Origin: Pristiophorus japonicus
Taxonomy: Eukaryota
Direction of reading: 5' to 3'
NCBI RefSeq assembly: GCF_044704955.1
Contig: NW_027254412.1
Location: 248,001-312,000 of the forward strand
Length of the DNA stretch: 64,000 nucleotides
Made by a program: the position numbers and the translations under genes. The notes beneath the pieces were generated by a model, which saw only the letters and a program-made list of their open reading frames with translations, made no database searches and was not told the origin of the DNA. Of this stretch, positions 24,500 through 35,569 are shown piece after piece. Position 1 is the stretch's first letter. Every line of letters begins with the position of its first letter.

Positions 24500-25620
24500 C
24501 AATCTAAATGCACACTTACACAACGGATACTTACACACACTTCCACACACATAGACACACACATCAATCCACACAGACACTGACACAAAGCACACCTACA
24601 CCCACTTACACACACATAAACACATACATCAATCCACACACACACTTACACAAAACAAACTTACACACACATAGACACACGCATCAATCCATACACACAG
24701 ACTTACAAAACACACTTACACACACTTACTCACACATAAACACATACATCAATCCACACACACACTTACACAAAACACACTTATACACACATAGACACAC
24801 GCATCAATCCATACCCATACACTTACAAAACACACTTACACACACTTACACACACATAAATACACATCAATCCACACACACACTTACACAAAACACACAC
24901 ACACTTGTAAACAAACGCATCAATCCAAACACACATTTACACAAAACACACACACGCTTACATGCAAACATACTATTGCACTTAGACACACACATCAATC
25001 AAAACACACACTTTCACAAAACACACACACACAAACACACACAAACTTACCTGCAAACCCATTGCTACACATAAACACACACACGCTTACACCTAAACAT
25101 GAACAACACTGAGACATAGCCGTACACTTACAGGGAAACACACACCTGAACACATTTACACAAGTATGAACACGCATATAAATCCAAACACAATCTAACA
25201 AAAACACACACAGACAAACTTACAGGTACACACAATGTGACATGAAAACTCACAAACACACACTTACACCTCAACATTAGCAAACACTTGGACATAACCA
25301 TACATATACACTTACAGGGAAACACACACATGAACATACATATACACCGGGTTACACATACACTTACACATAAGCACACACATGAACACACTTGCACACA
25401 CACACACACACACACAAACCCTTTGATATGAACATGCTTACACATAAAAGTACACACACTCACCTACACCAAATCTCACACTCACAATTAAATTTAAACA
25501 CACACACTTACATAAAAACACACGCATTCTTAAACAAAACATAAAGAAAGATTTACACACACATACACAATCTTAGAAATACACACACGCACAACCCCAC
25601 AGATCAACACCCTCACAGGG
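24500..25620. repeat. CA-rich low-complexity tract
   Basis: Imperfect (CA)n with internal duplications; the overlapping ORFs are compositional artefacts. Confidence 0.85.
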
Positions 25621-26129
25621 AACACAAACACTGACTAATCCAGAACAACAGATAGTTATACAGTGATATAGACACTAAAGAGCACAAACAAAAACGTCAG
25701 GCTATAGAAGAATGTAGAACAAAGATGCAGTTTTTGGACGGGCAAAGTATCCAATGCTTGGCCTGAATAAATAATTACTGATACCATAATATCTAACATT
25801 TCACTATTCTGGCCTTACACATACACTGGATCAATGTAGTTGTTGCAAGCTGAAACGTTATTTATGTTCAGAGCATTGCCGTAACATATATAAAAAAAAG
25901 GTTATAACTCACAACTAATCTCTTAAAAGCCTCCTTGGCAGCTTCCAACTAAGTAACTACCTTAACCTAGCGGAAAAATAATCGATATCCTGCTGTACAC
26001 CTTCCTCGATGTTTCATCGTATTATTCCCGAATGGTAGATCGTAGCAAAGTCATCCAAAATCAATTAGCCTCTGACATGGAAGAAAAACTATCATATTTT
26101 CCAAAACGGACTATAGGAGGATCATAATG

Positions 26130-29100
26130 TTGGGGAGGAGTTAAACTAATATGGCAGGGGGATGGGAACCAATGCAGGGAGACAGAGGGTAACAAAAAGG
26201 AGGCAAAAGCAAAAGACAGAAAGGAGATGAGGAAAAGTGGAGGGCAGAGAAACCCAAGGCAAAGAACAAAAAGGGCCACTGTACAGCAAAATTCTAAAAG
26301 GACAAAGGGTGTTAAAAAAAACAGCCTGAAGGCTTTGTGTCTTAATGCAAGGAGTATCCGCAACAATGTGGATTAATTAACTGTGCAAATAGATGTTAAC
26401 AAATATGACGTGATTGGGATTACGGAGACGTGGCTCCAGGATGATCAGGGCTGGGAACTCAACATCCAGGGGTATTCAACATTCAGGAAAGATAGAATAA
26501 AAGGAAAAGGAGGTGAGGTAGCATTGCTGGTGAAGGAGCAAATTAAGGCAATAGTTCGGAAGGACATTAGCTTGGATGATGTGGAATCTATATGGGTAGA
26601 GCTCCAGAATACCAAAGGACAAAAAACGTTAGTGGGAGTTGTGTACAGACCTCCAAACAGTAGTAGTGATGTTGGGGAGGGCATCAAACATGAAATTAGG
26701 GGTGCGTGCAATAAAGGTGCAGCAGTTATAATGGGTGACTTTAATATGCTCATAGATTGGGTTAACCAAACTGGAAGCTATACGTTGGAGGAGGATTTCC
26801 TGGAGTGCATAAGGGATGTTTTTTTAGACCAATATGTCGAGGAACCAACTAGGGGGGAGGCCATCTTAGACTGGGTGTTGTGTAATGAGAGAGGATTAAT
26901 TAGCAATCTCGTTGTGCGAGGCCCCTTGGGGAAGAGTGACCATAATAAGGTGGAATTCTACATTAGGATGGAGAATGAAACAGTTAATTCAGAGACCATG
27001 GTCCAGAACTTAAAGAAGGGTAACTTTGAAGGTATGAGGCGTGAATTGGCTAGGATAGATTGGCGAATGATACTGAAGGGGTTGATTGTGGATGGGCAAT
27101 GGCAGACATTAAGAGACCGCATGGATGAACTACAACAATTGTACATTCCTGTCTGGCGTAAAAATAAAAAAGGGAAGGTGGCTCAACCGTGGCTATCAAG
27201 GGAAATCAGGGATAGCATTAAAGCCAAGGAAGTGGCATACAAATTGGCCAGAAATAGCAGCGAACCCGGGGACTGGGAGAAATTTAGAACTCAGCAGAGG
27301 AGGACAAAGGGTTTGATTAGAGCATGGAAAATGGAGTACGAGAAGAAGCTTGCAGGGAACATTAAGACGGATTGCAAAAGTTTCTATAGATATGTAAAGA
27401 GAAAAAGGTTAGTAAAGACAAACGTAGGTCCCCTGCAGTCAGAATCAGGGGAAGTCATAACGGGGAACAAAGAAATGGCGGACCAATTGAACAAGTACTT
27501 TGGTTCGGTAATCACTGAGGAGGGCACAAACAACCTTCCGGATATAAAAGGGGTCGGAGGGTCGAGTAAGGAGGAGGAACTGAGGGAAATCCTTATTAGT
27601 CGGGAAACTGTGTTGGGGAAATTGATGGGATTGAAGGCCGATAAATCCCCAGGGCCTGATGGACTGCATCCCAGAGTACTTAAGGAGGTGGCCTTGGAAA
27701 TAGTGGATGCATTGACAGTCATTTTCCAACATTCCATTGACTGTGGATCAGTTCCTATGGAGTGGAGCGTAGCCAATGTAACCCCACTTTTTAAAAAAGG
27801 AGGGATAGAGAAAACAGGGAATTATAGACCGGTCAGCCTGACATGGGTAGTGGGTAAAATGATGGAATCAATTATTAAGGATGTCATAGCAGTGCATTTG
27901 GTAATAGGTAATATAACAAGTCCAAGTCAGCATGGATTTGTGAAAGGGAAATCATGCTTGACAAATCTTCTGAAATTTTTTGAGGATGTTTCCAATAGAG
28001 TGGACAAGGGAGAACCAGGTGATGTGGTATATTTGGACTTTCAGAAGGCTTTCGACAAGGTCCCACACAAGAGATTAATGTGCAAAGTTAAAGCACATGG
28101 GATTGGGCTAGTTTGCTGACATGGATTGAGAACTCGTTGTCAGACAGGAAGCAAAGAGTAGGAGTAAATGGGACTTTTCATAATGGCAGGCAGTGACTAG
28201 TGGGGTACCGCAAGGTTCTGTGCTGGGGCCCCAGCTGTTTACACTGTACATTAATGATTTAGATGAGGGGATTAAATGTAGTATCTCCAAATTTGCGGAT
28301 GACACTAAGTTGGGTGGCAGTGTGAGCTGCGAAGAGGATGCTATGATGCTGTAGAGCGACTTGGATAGGGTGGGTGAGTGGGCAAATGCATGGCAGATAA
28401 AGTATAATATGGATAAATGTGAGGTTATCCACTTTGGTGATAAAAACAGAGAGACAGACTATTATCTGAATGGTGACAGATTAGGAAAAGGGGAGGTGCA
28501 AAGAGACCTGGGTGTCATGGTACATCAGTCATTGAAGGTTGGCATGCAGGTACAGCAGGCGGTTAAGAAAGCAAATGGCATGTTGGCCTTCATAGCGAGG
28601 GGATTTGAGTACAGGGGCAGGGAGGTGTTGCTACAATTGTACAGGGCCTTGGTGAGGCCACACCTGGAGTATTGTGTACAGTTTTGGTCTCCTAACCTAA
28701 GGAAGGACATTCTTGCTATTGAGGGAGTGCAGCGAAGGTTCACCAGACCGATTCCCGGGATGGCGGGACTGACCTATCAAAAAAGACTGGATCAACTGGG
28801 CTTGTATTCACTAGAGTTCAGAAGAATGAGAGGGGACCTCATAGAAACGTTTAAAATTCTGACGGGTTTAGACAGGTTAGACGCAGGATGAATGTTCCCA
28901 ATGTTGGGGAAGTCCAGAACCAGGGGACACAGTCTAAGGATAAGGGGGAAGCCATTTAGGACCGAGATGAGGAGGAATTTCTTCACCCAGAGAGTGGTGA
29001 ACCTGTGGAATTCTCTACCACAGAAAGTTGTTGAGGCCAATTCACTAAATATATTCAAAAAGGAGTTAGATGAAGTCCTTACTACTAGGGGAATCAAGGG

Positions 29101-29236
29101 GTATAGTGAGAAAGCAGGAAGGGGGTACTGAAGTTGCATGTTCAGCCATGAACTCATTGAATGGCGGTGTAGGCTAGAAGGGCCGAATGGCCTACTCCTG
29201 CACCTATTTTCTATGTTTCTATGTTTCTATGTTTCT
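26130..29236 (+). mobile_element. 5'-truncated young CR1 LINE (ORF2 endonuclease + RT) in the CH4-TM intron
   Basis: 578-aa ORF with ITETW, GDFN, SDH (APE) and YLDFQKAFD; FADD after a frameshift; 3' (TTCTATGT)n tail; candidate TSD ATAATG at 26124-26129 and 29237-29242. Confidence 0.95.
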
Positions 29237-29434
29237 ATAATGGAAGAGCGGCAGTGGAGTGAGGAACAGTGAGAGATTGCTGAGAGTGATTAACATAACA
29301 CAAAATATACATTGAAAGTCCAATTAAAGACCAAACTAATACTTTAAGGTGAAAAAAAGAGAATATAAAATAATAGTATGATACCCGGGATTAATAAACG
29401 ATCTGAATATATTTCCTCCCCTACATCCCCGTAG

Positions 29435-29562
29435 ATTCCTCAGACCACATCTGGAATGAAGACTATGAGGACGAGAGCGGCAACATCTGGACAACAGCTT
29501 CCACATTCATCATCCTGTTCTTCCTGAGCATTTCCTACAGCGCTGCCGTCACGCTCGTGAAG
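29435..29562 (+). CDS. IGHM: IgM transmembrane exon TM1
   Basis: DSSDHIWNEDYEDESGNIWTTASTFIILFFLSISYSAAVTLVK with the CART motif; AG at 29433-29434, GT at 29563; phase matches the CH4 internal donor. Confidence 0.95.
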
Positions 29563-29702
29563 GTGGGAAGATTCAATCCGCTCACACTTCCATCTGACTG
29601 AAGCCGTTTGACAAATCTCTGGATGTTTCATTAATATAAACCCTGAGATAAATGCCCCAGACCACTAAACCTCCGCTTCATTCTTTTATCCCTCTTTTAC
29701 AG

Positions 29703-29711
29703 CTCAAATGA
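29703..29711 (+). CDS. IGHM: IgM TM2 exon (LK*)
   Basis: CCTCTTTTACAG|CTCAAATGA; downstream AATAAA at 29773 and 29954. Confidence 0.85.
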   Translation, partial: LK

Positions 29712-30063
29712 TGGTCTGAATTTCGGCCGCCGTGGATGTTCCTCATCTGTTTATCATCCCTGTGTCACTAAAAATAAAATATGTTCTCTTGGTGATTCTC
29801 AGAGTAAACTACCTTCAGTTACTAGATCCGAATCAGTCGCTGAGAAATATATAACTGGGATTTCCGTCTTTCTGTTTGAAATGTGTTCGATAATTGTGGC
29901 TGTAATGTAACTGTATCTCAGAGTTTCACCGTGCCTTGTACATTTCATGTGTAAATAAATAACTTTTCTCATTCTTATTCACAAGTGTTCCCTTCCCTTT
30001 ATGCTGAGCCCCTGTTCACTCGCTCTGATGTCTGTCACAACTGTGCAGATAGCGGCAGCTCCG

Positions 30064-30440
30064 ACATAAAGAACATAAGAAATAGGAGCAGGAGTAGGCC
30101 CTACGGCCCCTCGAGTCTGCTCCGCCATTCAATAAGATCAGGGCTGAACATCGACCTCAACTCCACTTTCCCGCCTGATAGCATATCCCTTGCTTCTCCT
30201 AGGTTCCAAAAATCTAACTATTTGAGTCTTGAATATATTTAGAGACTCAGCATCCACAGCCGTCTGTGGCAGGGAATTCCAAACATTCACAACCCTCTAA
30301 GTGAAGAAATTCCTCCTCATCTCCGTCTTAAATGGCGGGGTAAACAAACCTTCTGCATTTAACTTGTCAAGCGCCCTCAGAATCTTATGTTTCAATCAGA
30401 TCACCTCTCATTATTTTAAATTCCAGAGACTATAGGCCCA
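30064..30440 (-). mobile_element. CR1 LINE 3'-end fragment
   Basis: ACATAAGAAATAGGAGCAGGAGTAGGCC is the reverse complement of the CR1 3' terminus. Confidence 0.75.
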
Positions 30441-31019
30441 ATCCGCCTGTGTTCGGTTCTCAATGTATTGCTAAGTTATATTCACTTTGTGTTCACGTTT
30501 TTACACTTCCCTGTAAATTGTTTTCCGTGAAATTGTTAATAAATCTGGAATGACAAATTGAAGTAACTTGGATTTTCTCCATGGCTCCTGTACACCGCTC
30601 CATTTTTCCTGTCACACTGTGTTTTATTTGCCTGACAGGTATATTTCACCCGTCCTGTCTGGGTTGTGATTGAACCCAAGTCCCGTTGGTGAAGGACCCA
30701 CGGGACCACCCAGTGTCCCATCGGATTAAAGACACCTCTACCACTGCCTTGTTGTATCCGGTTCCAGAGGCGGAATTACGGCACAACGACCAGGTGCACC
30801 ATGCAGTCTCCTCTAATATTATGGTCTGTCACAGTCACATGGCAGGTTCTATTAAAAAACAGCACTCCGTTCCGTCACAGATTGTCACAGTTCAGTACAC
30901 GGCAGAGTAAGTCTACCTTTCACTGTCCCATCAAACTCTCCCAGGGCAGGTACATTACGGGTTAGAAATCTGATACAAACGCTCAAGGTAGCACAACACC
31001 GGAGAATGGCCCCCAAGAG

Positions 31020-31740
31020 GGTGAGCCTGTGCTGGCGCAATAGGGTGAGCCTGTGCTGGCCCAATAGAATGAGCCAGGCTTGCCCAATAGGGTGAGCCCG
31101 AGCTGGCCGAACAGGGTGAGCCCGGGCTGGCCCAATAGGGTGAGCACATGCTGGCCCAATAGGGTGAACCCATGCTGGCCCAATAGAGTGAACCGGGTTG
31201 GTCCAATTGGGCGAGCCCGGCATGGCTCAATATGTCGAGCCCAGGCTGGCTCAACAGGGTGAGCCCAGGCTGGCCCAATAGGGTGAACCCGTGCTGGCCC
31301 AATAGGGTGAGACGGGCCTGCCCAATAGTGTGAGCCCTGGCTGGCCCAATAGGGTGAGCCCGAGCTGGCCGAATAGGGTGAGCCCGGGCTGGCCCAATAG
31401 GTTGAGCACATGCTGGCCCAATAGGGTGAACCCATGCTGGCCCAATAGAGTGAACCGAGTTGGTACAATTGGGCGAGCCCGGGCTGGCTCAATATGTCGA
31501 GCCCAGGCTGGCTCAACAGGATGAGCCCAGGCTGGCCCAATAGGGTGAACCCATGCTGGCCCAATAGGGTGAGACGGGCCTGCCCAATAGTGTGAGCCCT
31601 GGCTGGCCCAATAGGGTGAGCCAGTGCTGGCACAATAGGGTGAGCCCAGGCTGGCCCATTAGGGTGAACCCGTGCTGGCCCAATAGGGTGAGACGGGCCT
31701 GCCCAATAGTGTGAGCCCGGGCTGGCCCATTAGGGTGAGA
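31020..31740 (+). repeat. 24-bp minisatellite (GGGTGAGCCCGGGCTGGCCCAATA)n, about 30 copies
   Basis: Tandem unit visible; ORFs repeat with an 8-aa period. Confidence 0.9.
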
Positions 31741-31799
31741 CAACAATCAGCACAACAAGGCTCCCTGTCAGGGGCTACTGACCTGGTCACAAACATGTG

Positions 31800-32170
31800 T
31801 CCAATCAAACTGACAGACATGCTGAAGCCCCGCCCATCCATTATCCCTGCCCAAAGGGCCGCGCATGCGCCCCGAGACCCACCCTAACCAAGATGGCGAC
31901 AACTGAGCCCTCTCCCCCAACCTGACCAAGATGGCGGCCGCTGTGCCCGCTCCCCCGGGCGCTCACTGACTGGGCCTGGAACCGGCCTGTGCTGCGGTTC
32001 TTGGTGACGAGCCCGGGTGTGTGTGAAGATGATGGTGCGGATTTTTGTCTCTCGGGCCTGGGCCCGCACTCTTGCTGTGTGTCCCGCCCTGGGTTTATTA
32101 ACGCAGGGAACTATTGGTTCTGCACTTTGTGACTGACAGGCGACAAGCCCCGCCCCATCCGGGCCCGAAT
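31800..32170. promoter_or_regulatory. CpG-island-like promoter module
   Basis: CCAAT 31801, GC box 31828, NRF1 palindrome GCGCATGCGC 31861-31870, YY1-type CAAGATGGCG 31889 and CAAGATGGCGGC 31927. Confidence 0.55.
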
Positions 32171-32199
32171 CATTCCATGCATGTGGTGCAGTGAAATAA

Positions 32200-32985
32200 A
32201 ACTGGCACTTCGGCTGGGGGAGGCATACACTGGGACTGGGGTAAGGCACTTCGAATGGGGGAGGCATGCACTGGGATTGGGGTAAGGCACTTCGGCTGCG
32301 CGATGCATACACTGGGACTGGGGTAAGGCATTTCAGATGGGGAGGCATGCACTGGGACTGGGGTAAGGCACTTCGGCTGGGAGAGGCGGGCACTGGGACT
32401 GCGGTAAGGCACATCGGCTGGGGGAGGCATGCACTTGGACTGGGGTAAGACACTTCAGCTGGGGGGGCATACGCTCGATCTGTGGTAAGGCACTTCAGCT
32501 GGGGGAGGCGTGCCCTGGGACTAGGGTAAGGCACTTGGGCTGTGGGAGGCATGCATTGGGAAAGGGGAAGGCAATTTAGCTGGGGTGGGGGCATGCACTG
32601 GACTGAAGTAAGGCACTTTGGCGGGGGGATGCATATACTGGGACTGGGGTAGGGCACTTCGGCTGGGGGAGGCATGCACTGGGACTGTGGTAAGGCACTT
32701 CGGCTGGAGGAGACTTCCACCGCGACTGGGGTAAGGCACTTTGGCTGGGGGAGGCATATACTGAGGTAAGGCACTTCGCCTAGGGGAGGCATATACTGGG
32801 ACTGGGGTAAGGCACTTCGGCTGGGGGAGGCGGGCACTGGGACTGCGGTAAGGCACTTCAGATGGGGGAGGCATGCACTGGGACTGGGGTAAGGCACTTC
32901 GGCTGGGGGAGGCCTGAACTGCGACTGGAGTAAGGCACTTCGGCTGGGGAGGGGTGCACTGGGATTGGGGCAAGGCACTTTGGCT
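32200..32985 (+). repeat. 41-bp G-rich minisatellite (GGCACTTCGGCTGGGGGAGGCATGCACTGGGACTGGGGTAA)n
   Basis: About 19 tandem copies visible. Confidence 0.9.
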
Positions 32986-33923
32986 GGCAGTCGCTGTCTT
33001 CTGGGAGCTCTGCCTCTGTTGTTTCAGGAAATCAAAGTGGATCAAGTTACAATTTGCAAGTCAATGATACGTTGGGATGGGTGTTTTCAGTTACACATTC
33101 GAGTGAAACCTCAGGATTTGGCTCATCCTCCAAAGGAACCAATCATGGAAAATGGTTGGAACATGGCGGCCATTTTTGCAGTACAAATAAGCGCGTCCTT
33201 TATTAACTCGCTGCCTCCCTCCACCCATCTCTGACCCCCTGTCTCGCCCACTGAGCATGCTCAGCTCACACTGCCTGGCTGATTGATGGCAGCTCCCGAC
33301 CAATAGGGAAAGCAGTTGTGGAGCTGGAGGACTGGGTGAGCGGTTAGTCTTCCAACCAATCGGCGTGTGCAAGTGGTGCGGCCCCTGTATTGTATAGGGT
33401 TAATCACATAGGGTTAATTATGATATTTCGACATTTACAGTATGTTTCTGCTTCATGCCGAGTGGAATGTTGTTGATGCAGAGAGAGAGAGAGAGAGAGA
33501 ACTTGATGCACACACCATCTTGTTTATGGGACGGTCGGCGCCTCGAGGTCTCATGCTTTGTGGAAGAACAGCTGGGGCCTTACTGATTAGGAGTTGGCCA
33601 TAAGCCACATGCACCCATGTTTGTTCAATAGTATAAAGGAATGGAACTGTCCAGTAGCTCTTTTAACTTCAACTTGGACCGTGATTCGCGAGCGGTGCCG
33701 GGACCCCCAAGGCTCCAGACCAGCCATCGTTGTGGAGTTCCCGATGGGCCGAAAGCTGTGAGCTTTGTTGCATCTTATCATACTTATCTTTTCTTTGTAA
33801 ACTGTATTATGTTTCTTTTCCCTCAGTAAACGGTGTTTTATCTTTACTTCATTTGTCGTGTCTCTTATTTAACATCCATCCAGATCCCGAACCTGGGTCT
33901 ATTATTATCGATCCAAAAAATGT

Positions 33924-33941
33924 TGGTGTCATGAACATGAT
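33924..33941 (+). other. Primer-binding site, tRNA-Ser(CGA)-like
   Basis: TGGTGTCATGAACATGAT versus the recalled complement of tRNA-Ser(CGA), TGGCGTCACGAACAGGAT: 15/18, two mismatches are CpG decay. Confidence 0.7.
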
Positions 33942-33949
33942 CTGGTAAA

Positions 33950-35488
33950 ATGTTTATGAGAAAAGACAAGGAGCAGTCTCCTCCTGCGGGAGAGAAGTAT
34001 ATAATACCAGGGTGGAGCACGAGGGATGAGGGTTTTGGCTCTCTTGCCAATGTTCTAGCCCAGTTTGCACCCCCGCAACATTGGGATATGCAGTTATTGG
34101 AACAGAGCAAAGATAGAACCGTACCCCACGTGGTACTGTCTCTCCTGGAGGAAGCGGGCTTCCCACAGGAGAAAAGTAATCCCTCACAAATGGGATGGAT
34201 TTTGTTGACAGCATTAAGGACGATGTGTAAACAACTTAAGGAAAGTGAGGCAGAAAACCTAGAGTTAAAAACAGCTGTTAAGTTTTTCGAAAGTCAAAAC
34301 TCGACTCTCACTGAAGCGGTCCGCACTGCACAATAACGGGTGGACAAGCTCAATGAACAATCAGAAACTTTAATATGCCATCTGGTGAAAGTACAAAATT
34401 ATTAAAAAGCCAGATGACGGAAATTACAGATAGATCGGTCAAAGGTACGTGCATTGGTAGCTGGACCCACTTGGGATCCGGCTCATTGGGAAGGAGACAT
34501 CTGGTAATCCTCTGACTCAGAATATGAATGGTCAGATGGAGAGGGGGGGACGGGAGGAAACTAAAAACCCTCCCCCATATGATCCGAGCACGAAAGCTAA
34601 ACCCTTATGATAAATAAGGCGAAACAGCAAGATGGGGAACAGCCGGTAACCACTAGAGGGGTGCGTGACTTCACCACTAGTGAGTTACAAGAAATAGGGT
34701 CTCGATTTCGCTAAAAACCCGGGAATCATTGTCAGAATGGCTAACCCGGATTTGGGATCAGGGAGCATCAGGCGTAATATTTAACCCTGAAGAATTAACA
34801 AAAATGAGGACTATGATTACGGACCACCATATCACAGCAATTCTACGCAATGTCCAGGGCACAAGTTCGCTATGGGACATGGTTACTATAGGGGTCCAGA
34901 AAAAATATCCCTCCGCCATTGATTGGGAAGGGAAGGTAAAACCTTGGAGTACTGTGCTGGAGGGTGTGATACAATTGTGCAAGATGGCAACACAGGGAAG
35001 AATATATCACCAACAATATGGGGGGCCAGATCAGGAGCTCTTTACGGCAGGAATACGGAGCAGGCTGATGAAGAGGGATGCGCTACGTGCATTATTGGGA
35101 CCAGCCCAAGAGAAGCGGGTGGGGGACGCTTTCCTATTGTTAGGACAGTTAGAGGATGTCGAAGATAGTGTGCGAGAGTCGAGAACGGCTAATGTAGAGG
35201 GGAATCGGGACCAGCGACAAGGTTCGACCTCTGGGAACGATATAAGTTCAGGAAAGACAAAAAAAAAGAATTGTGCGGAGGGACATGTTCGCGGCTTTAC
35301 TGAAAGCAGGGGTCCCCAAGGAAAAAATTTATGGAATCCCAACAGGAGCAATGTATTCTATGTGGAAGCAACACTGCGTCCCGGGCACAGGGAAGGTTAA
35401 AAGGAGGGAGGTAAGGGCGACTAAGTCGGATAGCGATAATCTGTGGATGCGGAGAAACAATCTCCCACTAGTCTATACCCCAGCGTAG
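33950..35488 (+). pseudogene. gag: ERV gag, disrupted
   Basis: Fragments such as EWLTRIWDQGASGV...WDMV typical of ERV-L/S gag; several stops and frameshifts. Confidence 0.8.
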
Positions 35489-35569
35489 AAGAGCTGTGGA
35501 AGGCTAGTAATCCCCTCGACTGGGTTGTGACTGGGATCCGGGAGTACTCCCTGTTAGAACCACGTCAAC

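Noticed and set aside
30885-32978. Long ORFs up to 364 aa
   Set aside because: Periodic translations of the 24-bp and 41-bp minisatellites
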